Shown piece by piece: positions 38,585 through 48,180 of a stretch of 64,000 nucleotides of DNA. The DNA is from Candidatus Calidihabitans tengchongensis. GTDB lineage: Bacteria > Sysuimicrobiota > Sysuimicrobiia > Sysuimicrobiales > Kaftiobacteriaceae. The stretch's first letter is position 1; every line of letters begins with the position of its first letter. Where the stretch lies: assembly GCA_031459615.1 (NCBI GenBank), contig JAVKIE010000001.1, forward strand, positions 66,300 through 130,299. The letters run 5' to 3'. The translations under genes and the position numbers were made by a program. The notes under the pieces were generated by a model that saw only the letters and a list, made by a program, of their open reading frames with translations, did no database searches and had not been told where the DNA came from.

Positions 38585-39057
38585 CGGCGCTCGTCCTCCC
38601 CGCGCCCCGCGCCCGCCAGAGCCGCGCTCGCATCGCTGATCAGCAGCCCCAGGTACGCCCGGTCGGCAAACGGGTCGGAGGCCGCCGCCAGCGCGTGCTC
38701 CCGCACCACCACGTCCACGCCGGCCCCGGCGGCGCGCAGGCGGTCGAGCCGACCGCGCACCGCGGGCAGGGCCAGCAGCACGATCACCGCCGCCGCGACC
38801 GCCGCCAGCGCGATGCGCGCCGTGGCGGGCCACCGGCGTCCGGCGCGGCCGCGCCGGCCCCACACCGCCGCCAGGTCCGCGGGTGCCCGGGGTTCGGGCA
38901 ACCGGCGGAGGATCGCCCGCACGGCCTGCAGGCGTCGGAGCTCCTCCTGGCAGGCATCGCACCCGGCGAGGTGCTCCCGGACCTCCTGCTCGTCGTCCGG
39001 AGGAAGCTCGCGGTCCAGGTAGGCCGACAGCTGGCGGACCAGCCGGGAGTGGGTCAC
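38581..39057 (-). CDS. zinc-finger anti-sigma factor (ZAS/RsrA-ChrR-like), membrane anchored
   Basis: HLAGCDACQEE (HxxxCxxC) zinc motif followed by a TM helix. ATGA overlaps on both sides. Confidence 0.7.
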   Translation of the reverse strand: MTHSRLVRQLSAYLDRELPPDDEQEVREHLAGCDACQEELRRLQAVRAILRRLPEPRAPADLAAVWGRRGRAGRRWPATARIALAAVAAAVIVLLALPAVRGRLDRLRAAGAGVDVVVREHALAAASDPFADRAYLGLLISDASAALAGAGRGEDERR

Positions 39058-39641
39058 GGCGACGCCTCCAGGCGGTGGCGCAGGCGGTCGGCCAGGGTCC
39101 GGCGGGCGCGGTGCAGCCTGGACTTCACCGTCCCCACGGGAACCTGCAGCATTCCCGCAATCTCCTCGTACGAGTACCCTTCCACATCACAGAGCACCAC
39201 CACCGCCCGCAGCTCCGGGGACAGGGCCATCAGGGCCGCCTGCACGTCGGCGTCCAGCCCGCGGTCCAGCACGGCGGCCTCCGGATTGGCCCGCGGATCG
39301 GCCACCTCCCGCACCACATCCCCTCCCCCGCGGGTGGTCACGGGCGCGTCCAGGGAGTCCATCCGCACCGGCGGGCGTCGCCGCAGCATGTCGATGAAGA
39401 GGTTGGCGACGATCCGGTACAGCCACCCCTCCAGGGCGGCGGCGGGATCCACCGACCCCAGGTGCCGCCACACCCGGATCAGCGCCTCCTGGGCGAGGTC
39501 GCGGGCGTCCGCCTCGTTGCCCGCCATGCGGTAGGCCAGCGCGTAGATCTTCTGGCCGTAGCGGGCCACCAGGGCCTCGAAGGCAGCGACGTCGTCCGGG
39601 GTGGTGCCGGGCGCAGGCGGCGTCGGTCGGCGCACCCTCAC
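39054..39641 (-). CDS. ECF (group 4) RNA polymerase sigma factor
   Basis: Region 2 (LAQEALIRVWRHL...) and region 4 (YEEIAGMLQVPVGTVKSRLHRAR). Confidence 0.85.
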   Translation of the reverse strand: MRVRRPTPPAPGTTPDDVAAFEALVARYGQKIYALAYRMAGNEADARDLAQEALIRVWRHLGSVDPAAALEGWLYRIVANLFIDMLRRRPPVRMDSLDAPVTTRGGGDVVREVADPRANPEAAVLDRGLDADVQAALMALSPELRAVVVLCDVEGYSYEEIAGMLQVPVGTVKSRLHRARRTLADRLRHRLEASP

Positions 39642-39694
39642 CTCTCCCTGCCCGCCTCTCTGTGCTTACGGGGCCGGCCGGCCCTGGGGTTCCC

Positions 39695-40228
39695 TCACGG
39701 GACGGTCACCAGCGGCCGCAGGCGCTCCAGCAGCCGGGGGCCGATGCCCTGTACCTGGAGCAGGTCCTCCAGGCGCTGGAACGGTCCGTGGCGGTTGCGG
39801 TACTCCACGATCCGGCGGGCCAGGATCGGGCCGATGCCCGGGAGGGTCTCCAGGCGGGCGGCGTCGGCGGTGTTGATGTTGACCGGGGCCCCCGGGCCGG
39901 TCGGGTCCAGCGACGCGCGGGGGGGAACCGTCACGCGGTCGCCGTCCCGCAGCAGCCGCGCCAGGTTGAGAGCCTGGGTGTCGGCGCCCGGCAGCATTCC
40001 CCCGGCGGCCTGGACGGCATCCGCCACCCGCGAGCCCGCGGCCAGGCGGTACAGGCCCGGCCGGACGACCTCCCCGTCCACCTGCACAACCACCGCGTCC
40101 GCCGGCGCCGGCTCGATCAGGCGGACGGGCGGGGCCGGGCGGCGCACCGCCGCCAGCGCCCCGGCGGCCACCAGGGCGGCCGCCAGCGCCCCCAGCGTCA
40201 CCAGCTGTTCCGGGCGGCTCCACCTCAC
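39695..40228 (-). CDS. comEA: competence protein ComEA (SLBB + helix-hairpin-helix DNA-binding)
   Basis: TM anchor, an SLBB-like region, and the C-terminal INTADAARLETLPGIGPILARRIVEYR HhH motif. Confidence 0.8.
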   Translation of the reverse strand: MRWSRPEQLVTLGALAAALVAAGALAAVRRPAPPVRLIEPAPADAVVVQVDGEVVRPGLYRLAAGSRVADAVQAAGGMLPGADTQALNLARLLRDGDRVTVPPRASLDPTGPGAPVNINTADAARLETLPGIGPILARRIVEYRNRHGPFQRLEDLLQVQGIGPRLLERLRPLVTVP

Positions 40229-40371
40229 CCGCGCGCCCCGCCCTCGCGACCGCAGCCACTATAGCACGAATCCCCGGCAGGCGGCACGCACGTCCGGGCA
40301 CCGCGCGCACAGGGCCGGGGTCGCGCCGCCGCGAAATTCTGGACCGCACCCGGCAGGACGGGAGGTGAGGC

Positions 40372-40668
40372 GTGCAGCTGCGGGAGTTTCAACGGCGGAT
40401 TGCCCTCATCTACGGCGAGCGGGACCGCCGCCGCGGTGCGGACGGGACCTTCCGCTGGCTGGTGGAGGAGGTGGGCGAACTGGCCCGCGCCCTGCGCGAC
40501 GGCTCCCCCGCCTCGCTGCGGGAGGAGATCGCCGACGTGCTGGCCTGGACCACCAGCCTGGCGACGCTGTGCGGGGTGGACATCGAGCAGGCTGCCTCGC
40601 GGTACGCGGACGCCTGCCCGAAGTGCGGCCAGACGCCGTGCGCGTGCCCCGCCGAGGCGTCCCCGTAG
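40372..40668 (+). CDS. MazG-family nucleotide pyrophosphohydrolase domain protein with C-terminal Cys4 ribbon
   Basis: EEVGELARAL...EEIADVLAW is the MazG EExxE/D motif. C-terminal CPKCGQTPCAC. Confidence 0.7.
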   Translation: MQLREFQRRIALIYGERDRRRGADGTFRWLVEEVGELARALRDGSPASLREEIADVLAWTTSLATLCGVDIEQAASRYADACPKCGQTPCACPAEASP

Positions 40669-40685
40669 GGGCCGCGCGGCCCGCC

Positions 40686-41663
40686 ATGGGCGTCCGGCCT
40701 GCGCCTGATCCCCGGGTCCTCCACCGCGAGGCCGTCGTGGTGGACCTGCACAACGACTTCCTGCTGGATGCCCACAGCGGTCGGCGGGACGTCACCCGCA
40801 GGACGACGGCCGGCCATTCGGACTTTCCGCGGCTGCGGGAGGGAGGCGTGGACGTGCAGGTCTGCGCCCTGTTCGTGCATCCCCGCGACGCCGACCGCGG
40901 CTACCAGATCGTCACGGCGCTTCTGGACACCGCCCGGAGGCTGGTGGCCGCCCGGCCGGACCTGGTCGGCGTGGCCACCTCGGTCGAGCAGATCGAAGCG
41001 CTGGTCGCCGCCGGTCGGCTGGCGCTGGTCCTGGCGGTGGAGAACGCCTCCGCGCTGGGGGGAGACCCCGACCGGGTGGACGCCCTCTTCAGCCGGGGGG
41101 TGCGGATGATGAGCCTGACCTGGAACGCCAGCAACGGGCTGGCCGACGGCGCTCTGGAGTCGCGGCACGGCGGCCTGACGCCCCTGGGCCGCCGGGTCCT
41201 GGAGCGCATGCAGGCGGTGGGGATGGTGGTGGACGTCTCCCACCTCTCCGAGCGCAGCTTCTGGGACGTCCTGGAGGCGACCCGGGGGCCGGTGGTGGCG
41301 ACCCACTCCAACGCCGCGGGGCTGGTTCCCCACCCGCGCAACCTCACCGACGCGCAGCTGCGGGCCATCGCGGGGCGCGGAGGCGTGATCGGCGTGAACT
41401 TCTACCCGGCCTTCACCGGCGGGGCGTCCATGGACCGCGTGCTCGACCATCTGGAGTACCTGATCCACGTGGCGGGCCCTGACCACGTGGCCCTGGGGTC
41501 GGATTTCGACGGCTTCAGCGACGCCGTGGCCGGTCTGGAGGACGTCACCTGCCTGCCCCGGCTGACCGCCGCCCTGCTCGAGCGCGGCCACGCTCCGGAG
41601 GTGGTCCGCAACGTCCTCGGCCAGAACGCCCTGCGGGTGTTCCGCCAGGTGTGGGGACGGTAG
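40686..41663 (+). CDS. membrane dipeptidase (peptidase family M19)
   Basis: VVDLHND...HSNA...GSDFDG matches the renal-dipeptidase metal-binding motifs. ATG sits in-frame within the long ORF 38883..41663. Confidence 0.8.
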   Translation: MGVRPAPDPRVLHREAVVVDLHNDFLLDAHSGRRDVTRRTTAGHSDFPRLREGGVDVQVCALFVHPRDADRGYQIVTALLDTARRLVAARPDLVGVATSVEQIEALVAAGRLALVLAVENASALGGDPDRVDALFSRGVRMMSLTWNASNGLADGALESRHGGLTPLGRRVLERMQAVGMVVDVSHLSERSFWDVLEATRGPVVATHSNAAGLVPHPRNLTDAQLRAIAGRGGVIGVNFYPAFTGGASMDRVLDHLEYLIHVAGPDHVALGSDFDGFSDAVAGLEDVTCLPRLTAALLERGHAPEVVRNVLGQNALRVFRQVWGR

Positions 41664-41766
41664 GGAAATGGTCGAACACACCGGCTCGCCTCTCCCTGCG
41701 GGAGAGGGCTGGGGCGAGGGGGGCCTGCCAGATCTGATCCCGGATCCCCGATCCCGGATCCCGCAG

Positions 41767-42678
41767 TCATCGGACCTGCAACCCTGCAGGACCCCGCAGG
41801 GCCAGGATCGCCTCCCGGAGGACGGTCGCGGCCAGGACCGCCGTGCGGCCGGACGGGTCGTAGGCCGGCGAGACCTCCACCAGGTCCAGCCCCACCACCG
41901 CCAGCCCGCCCAGCCGGCGGACAAAGCGCAGCAGGTCCCGGGCCGGAATCCCCTCGGGCTCCGGATTGCCCGTGCCGGGAGCGTCGGCGGGATCGACGGC
42001 GTCGATGTCCACCGAGACATACACGGGGCGGCGAGAGAGGTCTGCCCACACCCGCGGGGGCACGTCCAGCGTCGGCCCGCTGTGGGCCAGCGCGCGCGCC
42101 AGCTCCCACTCGTCCCGCGTCCCCGCCCGCACCCCCAGCTGGACCACCGAGCCGGCGCCGACGATCTCCACGACCCGGCGCATCACCGTGGCGTGGCCCA
42201 CCCGCTGTCCCTCGTAGGTGTCCCGCAGGTCGGTGTGGGCGTCCACCTGCACCACCGCCAGGTCCGGGTGGCGGCGGACCAGGGCCGAGACCACCCCCAG
42301 GGTGATCGTGTGCTCCCCTCCCAGGATGACCGGGAGGACGGCGGGGTCCAGCGATCTGATGTGCCCGGCCACCACCTCCACCATCCGCGGCGGCTCCAGC
42401 CCGTCCACCTCCACGTCTCCCGCGTCGGCGACGGCCACCTGCTCCAGGTCGGCATCCAGGATGGGGCTGTACGTCTCGATGCTCTGGGATGCCCATCGGA
42501 TGGCCGCCGGGCCGGCCCGGGCGCCGGCGCGGAATGAGGCGGTGGCGTCGTAGGGCACGCCCACGATGACGGCGGCGGGCGCGGGGTGGGGGCGGGAGGC
42601 CAGGAAGGTCACGGCCCGGACGCCTTGACCCGGCGGAGATCGCGCCGCGCGCACATCCCGGCGGCGGGGCGCAGGCAC
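41767..42678 (-). CDS. speB: agmatinase (ureohydrolase/arginase family)
   Basis: GGEHTIT, DAHTD and SVDIDAVDP are the Mn-binding motifs. The start may be an internal GTG about 20 codons in. Confidence 0.8.
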   Translation of the reverse strand: MPAPRRRDVRAARSPPGQGVRAVTFLASRPHPAPAAVIVGVPYDATASFRAGARAGPAAIRWASQSIETYSPILDADLEQVAVADAGDVEVDGLEPPRMVEVVAGHIRSLDPAVLPVILGGEHTITLGVVSALVRRHPDLAVVQVDAHTDLRDTYEGQRVGHATVMRRVVEIVGAGSVVQLGVRAGTRDEWELARALAHSGPTLDVPPRVWADLSRRPVYVSVDIDAVDPADAPGTGNPEPEGIPARDLLRFVRRLGGLAVVGLDLVEVSPAYDPSGRTAVLAATVLREAILALRGPAGLQVR

Positions 42679-42688
42679 TCGGCGACCA

Positions 42689-43513
42689 TCAGTCGGTCAG
42701 GGCCGGCAGGGACAGCGCGGCGGCGTGGACGGCGGGAGAGTACAGGCGCGTGGACACCCCTGCCAGACGGCCGGCGATCACATCGGGCGGGACGGCGCGG
42801 GGGTCGGGCCGCCGGCTGCCATAGGTGAACGTCCACAGCACCCCGGGATAGGACGGGACCGGGACCCAGTAGGTGCCCACCACCGGGAACACCTCCCGCA
42901 GGTGCCGGCGGACCATGTCGGTGACAGGCCGCTGGTACAGCAGCGACCCGCTCTGGGCCACCAGGATTCCCTGGGGGGTCAGCAGGCGGGCGCAGCCGGC
43001 GTAGAACTGGGGGGAAAACAGGGCCAGCCCAGGCCCCTTGGGGTCGGGAGCGTCCACCAGAATGACGTCAAACGACCCGCCGGCCCGGGCGACGTAGTTC
43101 ACCCCGTCGTCGATGACCACCTCCGCCCGCGGATCGCTGAACGCCTCCCCGCCGATGGACGGCAGGTGGCGCCGGCACATCTCGACCACCACGGCGTCGA
43201 TCTCCACCAGGGTGACGTGCTCCACCGGGTGCTTGAGGACCTCTTTTAGGGTGCCCCCGTCGCCGCCCCCGATGATGAGGACCCGGCGGGGAGACGGGTG
43301 GGTGACCAGCGGGAGGTGGGCCAGCATCTCGTGGTAGGTGTGCTCGTCCCGCTCGGTGGTCTGCACGGCGTCATCCAGGATCAGCATGCGGCCGAACAGA
43401 GGGCTGGACGCGATCAGGATCCTCTGGTAGGGGGAACGCACCGCGCACAGGACGTCGGTGATCTGTACGGCTTGAGCCACGCCGGGCCCGACCAGGTCCA
43501 CCAGCCACTCCAT
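42689..43513 (-). CDS. speE: spermidine synthase
   Basis: VLIIGGGDGGTLKEV and VDAPDP motifs. Chosen start is MEWLVD, and the ORF track extends 23 codons upstream. Confidence 0.85.
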   Translation of the reverse strand: MEWLVDLVGPGVAQAVQITDVLCAVRSPYQRILIASSPLFGRMLILDDAVQTTERDEHTYHEMLAHLPLVTHPSPRRVLIIGGGDGGTLKEVLKHPVEHVTLVEIDAVVVEMCRRHLPSIGGEAFSDPRAEVVIDDGVNYVARAGGSFDVILVDAPDPKGPGLALFSPQFYAGCARLLTPQGILVAQSGSLLYQRPVTDMVRRHLREVFPVVGTYWVPVPSYPGVLWTFTYGSRRPDPRAVPPDVIAGRLAGVSTRLYSPAVHAAALSLPALTD

Positions 43514-43529
43514 GGCGACGATCTCCGGA

Positions 43530-44009
43530 TCACGGGGTGAGGCCGTTCGCCGACGGCCAGAACACCACCGCGGCCACGACACACCCGATGCGCTGCACCA
43601 CGTGCTCGGCGGAGGCCACCCGGATGTCGTCCACCGGCAGGTCCCGGACGGCCATGGCTTCTTCCACCATGCGCCGCACCACGGCCTCGGCGTTTTCGGC
43701 GGTCCCGCTGTGCTGGAACTCCATGATGACCCCGTAGCTGTCCCGGGAAAACCCCAGTCCGACGGCGGCGGCGATGCGCTCCCCGGGCGTGTGGCTGGTG
43801 CGCCGGGCGTACACCGCCGGGGCGAGGATGCCCGGAGGAAACCGGGGGACCGGGATCACCGTCACCCCCGCCGGCAGGATGCTGGAGACCCGCAGGAAGT
43901 TCATGTTGGCGATGCCGGCGTCCATCAGCGCCCGGTCAAACGCGGTCAGCTCCGTCAGCCCTTCGCCCCGTCCGGCGACGACCGAGACGGCCTGGGGCCG
44001 GACCCACAT
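43530..44009 (-). CDS. pdaD: pyruvoyl-dependent arginine decarboxylase (PdaD family)
   Basis: 159 aa. NFLRVSSILP contains the Ser that self-cleaves to form pyruvoyl in PdaD. GAGGAGG RBS. It is the C-terminal part of the long ORF 43530..45314. Confidence 0.65.
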   Translation of the reverse strand: MWVRPQAVSVVAGRGEGLTELTAFDRALMDAGIANMNFLRVSSILPAGVTVIPVPRFPPGILAPAVYARRTSHTPGERIAAAVGLGFSRDSYGVIMEFQHSGTAENAEAVVRRMVEEAMAVRDLPVDDIRVASAEHVVQRIGCVVAAVVFWPSANGLTP

Positions 44010-44140
44010 GCAGGAGTCACCTCCTCTCGCGGCCAAGTGGGGCACAACGTTGCGGAGTATTCCATCTGCGGGCGGGCGGTCCTCCCGCGCCGGCGGGGCG
44101 CGTGCGGTGGGGCGCCGACCCGGCGTGAACGGAGCGGACG

Positions 44141-45821
44141 CGTGATCACCCTGCCGGTGACCCCCCGGATGCTGGTGCGCGCGTGGGCCGCCATGGCGGC
44201 GGTGGTGGTGGGTGCCGCCGCCGGGCCCGCCCGGCCCGCCGTGCCGCCGGTGCTGCCGGTCCGGATCGGCTTTGTGGCGGCCGAGGGAGCGGACTTCGCC
44301 GCCCTGCGCCGCGCCGGGGCCGGATCGGTCAAGCTGCTGGCCGACTGGTCGCAGATCGAGCCGCTGCCCGGGGCGGCCCTGTGGGACCTGCTGGACCGCG
44401 CGGTCGGCGCGGCCCGCGCCGCCGGGCTGCGGGTGGTCCTGGTCCTGACCTACACCCCGGGATGGGCGGCGCCGGCCGGCGAGCGGGCGGATCCGGCCGT
44501 CAGCAGCCGCCAGCCCCCCGGGCGGCTGGATGCGTGGGAGCGGTTCGTGACCACCGCCGCCGCCCGCTACCGCGGCCGGGTGCGCGACTGGCAGATCTGG
44601 ACCGCCCGGAGCCTGCCGGTGTTCCGGGGCACGACGCGCGAGTATTTGCAGGTGCTCCGGACGGCCCGGATCGCGCTCCGGGCCGCCGACCCCTCCAACC
44701 GCGTCGTCCTGGCCACGCCCTACGGCCTGGACCTGCCGGATCTGCGGGGAATGATGCGGGAGGCCGCCGGTGAGTTCGACGTCGTCTCCCTCCAGCCGCG
44801 CGGTATTCCCCCGGACGGCCTGCTGCGCCCTCTGGCGACGATCCGGGAGAGGATCGCGCCGGCCGGCCGCCCGTCCCTGTGGCTGGAGTGGGATCCCCTG
44901 ACCGCGGGCCCGCGGTCGTCCTGGCCCGGCCAGCTGGTGATGGCGACGGCGGTGGCCGCCGCCGCGGGGGTGGACGAGGTGTTCTGGGCGGCGGAGCCGA
45001 CGGCGGTGACCGGGCTCGTCCTGCAGACCCTCGCCCGCCATCTGGGAGGGCGTCCCTATGAAGGGTTCCTGGTCCGCGGTCCGGCGCTGCTGATGGTGTT
45101 CGGCGGAGACCCCCCGGTGGCGGTGGCCTGGAGCAGGGTGCCGGCGGCGGTGGCGGTCCGGGGCACATCGGTGCGGGCGCTGGGACCGACCGGCGACGAA
45201 CGCCCGGCGCGACCCGCCGACGGAGGCGTGGAGGCGGACGTGGGCCCTGATCCGGTCCTGCTGGTGGGGCTGGATCCGGACGAGGTGGCCGCCGCCCGGC
45301 GCATGCGGGCTCACGGCCTGCCCCTGCCGCCGGGAGGCGAGGACTTCGGCAGCGCATCGGAGGTCAGCGCCCTGCTGGGTCGGACCAACCGGGAGCGGGG
45401 CCTGTACAACATGCCCTACCGGGGCTGGCGGGGCGAGGCCCAGCGGGTCGTCACCGTCGACGGCGTGGAGGCCCTGGCCACCGAGGCGGCGGCGGACAGG
45501 GTGTACGTGCGCTTCGACGTGGACGACTCGTTCCTGTACTTCGTGGACGGCCGCGCGGCGGTCGACATCGCGGTGGAGGTGCGCGGCGCGTCGGCCGCCC
45601 GGGCCGTGGGGTTCAACGTCTGGTACGATTCCATGAGCGGCTACCGGTTCACCCCCTGGCAGTGGGTGGACGCCTCACCCGGATGGGTGACCCACACGGT
45701 CCGCCTGCTGGACGCCGCGTTCGCCAACACCTGGGGGTTTGACTTCGCCCTCAACGCCGCCGGCAACCGCCGCGAGGACCTGGTGGTGCGGTCGGTGACG
45801 GTCCGCGCGGTGGTCCGCTAG
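44141..45821 (+). CDS. secreted hypothetical protein, possible TIM-barrel glycoside hydrolase-like
   Basis: Signal peptide MLVRAWAAMAAVVVGAAAG. The following 250 aa have alternating beta/alpha character. No catalytic motif was identified. Confidence 0.35.
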
Positions 45822-45987
45822 GCCGCGCCGCATCCGCGCCCCGCGAGTCCCTCACGTATCCGCGGGCCGGTCCTCGCGCACGATGCGGGCCCCCGTGAGG
45901 GTCAGACCCCTGTCGTCGGCGGGAGGAGGGATCACCCCGCCGCCCCGAACTCCCCCATGACGTCGACGGCGCAGGCCGAGGGAGGGG

Positions 45988-47268
45988 ATGCGCATGCAGG
46001 CGCCCGTTCGGGCGGTCGTCAGGCTGGTGGGAGCCGGGCTGACGGTGCTGGTGGTCGGAGCGTGGGCGGCCGTCGCCCAGCCCGCCGTGCCGGGCTCCAT
46101 CAAGGTCGGCGCGCTTTTTGACACCACCGGACCCACCTCCGACGTGGGCGTGGACTACTCCAGGGGCGCGCTGGACCACGTCCGATACATCAACGAAGTC
46201 GAGGGCGGGATCCGGGGGAAGGTGAAGATCGACCTGGTGTGGTCGGACTACGGGTACCGCATCCCGGACGCCCTGGCCCTGTACCGGAAATACCGGGATG
46301 TGGACCGGGTCAACGCCATCGTGGGGTGGGGGACGGGCGACACCGAGGCCCTGAAGGACCAGGTGGCCGCCGATCAGATCCCGTTCATCTCCGCCAGCTA
46401 CTCCTCGCACCTCAACGACCCGTCCAAGACGCCCTACAACTTCTACCCGGTGAGCAGCTACTCGGACCAGCTGCGGGCGGTCCTCAAATACGCCCGGGGG
46501 GTGGCCGACCAGGAACGCATCGCGCGGCCGCGCATCGTCTTCCTGTATCCGGACCACCCGTACGGCCGGGCGCCCATTCCCGCGGGCAAGGCCTACGCCC
46601 AGGAACTGGGGTTTGAGGTCGGCCCGGACCAGATCGTGGCCCTCACGGCCCTGGAGGCCCGCTCCCAGGTGGCGGCGGTGAAGGCGTTCGGGGCGCACTT
46701 CGCCTGGATCGGGGGGACCACCAACTCGGCCTCGGTGATCGTGCGGGACGCCCGGGCGGCCGGCCTGACCACGCGCTTTTTCGTCAACGTGTGGGGCTTT
46801 GACGAGAACATGATCAAGCTCATCGGCCGGGACGCCGAGGGGGTCCTGGCCAGCACGCCCCACGTGTACTACGGCGAACCCGCGCCGGGGATGGCCAGGA
46901 TGTTCGACGTCCTGCGGAGGTTCCACAACCGCCAGCCGACCTTCACCTGGGGGACGACGCAGACGCCGTTCATCGCCTCCTACGTCCGCGGGTGGCTCAA
47001 CGTCTTTCTGCTGAAGAAGGGGCTGGAGATCATCGTGGACAACTGGAACACCTACTCGCGCCTGGGCGGGTTCAGCGGGCCCTCGGTGCGGTCGGCGCTG
47101 GAAACCCTGAAGAACTGGGATCCCGAGGGTCTGGCTCCGCCCATCACCCTGGCGCGGGACGACCACCGCCCGTCCACCACCACCCGCATCGTCACCGTCC
47201 GCAACGGACGGATCACCGTGGTGCAGTCGGTGACGGTGGACCGGCGCAAGGACTGGCTGGGATTCTAG
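45988..47268 (+). CDS. ABC transporter substrate-binding protein (Leu/Ile/Val-binding LivJ/K family, type I PBP)
   Basis: Signal peptide, then a periplasmic binding protein type I fold (IKVGALFDTTGP...). Confidence 0.8.
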   Translation: MRMQAPVRAVVRLVGAGLTVLVVGAWAAVAQPAVPGSIKVGALFDTTGPTSDVGVDYSRGALDHVRYINEVEGGIRGKVKIDLVWSDYGYRIPDALALYRKYRDVDRVNAIVGWGTGDTEALKDQVAADQIPFISASYSSHLNDPSKTPYNFYPVSSYSDQLRAVLKYARGVADQERIARPRIVFLYPDHPYGRAPIPAGKAYAQELGFEVGPDQIVALTALEARSQVAAVKAFGAHFAWIGGTTNSASVIVRDARAAGLTTRFFVNVWGFDENMIKLIGRDAEGVLASTPHVYYGEPAPGMARMFDVLRRFHNRQPTFTWGTTQTPFIASYVRGWLNVFLLKKGLEIIVDNWNTYSRLGGFSGPSVRSALETLKNWDPEGLAPPITLARDDHRPSTTTRIVTVRNGRITVVQSVTVDRRKDWLGF

Positions 47269-47304
47269 AGGATCCGGAAGCGCGGGAACGCGGGAGGCGG
47301 GTGG

Positions 47305-48126
47305 ATGCCCTCCCGCGTTCCCGCCACCTGTATGCTCACCCTGACCAACGTCGAGGTGGTCTACTGGGGCACCATCCTGGTGCTCAAGGGGGTGTCGTTG
47401 ACCGTCCCCGCCGGCCAGATCACGGCGCTGATCGGCGCCAACGGAGCCGGCAAGACCACCACCTTGAAGGCCGTCACCGGGCTCATCCGGCTGGAGCGCG
47501 GGGAGGTGACCCGGGGCAGCATCGAGTTTCTGGGCCGGCGCATCGACAACTGGCTGCCCGAGGACACGGCCCGCGAGGGGATCGTGATGGTGCGCGAGGG
47601 GCGGCGGCTGTTCGAGGAGCTGACGGCGGAGGAGAACCTGCTGGTGGGCGCCGCCCTGCGCGGGGGCGGCCTCCGCGCCGCCCGGGACCGGCTGGACCTG
47701 GTGTACGCCTACTTTCCGCGCCTGGCGGAGCGGCGCCGCGCGCGGGCCGGCTACCTGTCGGGTGGGGAGCAGCAGATGCTGGCCATCGGCTGCGCCCTGA
47801 TGTCCCGTCCCCGGCTCCTGCTGCTGGACGAGCCCAGCCTGGGGCTGGCCCCGCGCGTGGCCCGGGAGATCTTCGACCTCATCCGCCGGCTCAACGCCGA
47901 CGAGGGCGTGACCATCTTCCTGGTGGAGCAGAACGCCCGGATGGCCCTGGAGCTGGCGTCCTATGGCTACGTGATGGAGAACGGCCGGATCGTCCTGGAC
48001 GGCCCCACGCACAAACTGCGGGAGGACGCCGACGTCGAGGAGTTCTACCTGGGCGTCCGGGGCGACCAGCGGCGGCTGTTCAGCGAGGTCAAGAGCTACA
48101 AGCGCGCCCGCCGCTGGCTGGCCTGA
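47305..48126 (+). CDS. livF: branched-chain amino acid ABC transporter ATPase LivF-type
   Basis: GANGAGKTT, LSGGEQQMLAIG and LLLLDEPSLGL motifs. Confidence 0.85.
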   Translation: MPSRVPATCMLTLTNVEVVYWGTILVLKGVSLTVPAGQITALIGANGAGKTTTLKAVTGLIRLERGEVTRGSIEFLGRRIDNWLPEDTAREGIVMVREGRRLFEELTAEENLLVGAALRGGGLRAARDRLDLVYAYFPRLAERRRARAGYLSGGEQQMLAIGCALMSRPRLLLLDEPSLGLAPRVAREIFDLIRRLNADEGVTIFLVEQNARMALELASYGYVMENGRIVLDGPTHKLREDADVEEFYLGVRGDQRRLFSEVKSYKRARRWLA

Positions 48127-48180
48127 TGCGGGATCCGGGATCCGAGATCGGTTCCTGATCCCGGATCTCAGATCACGCCC

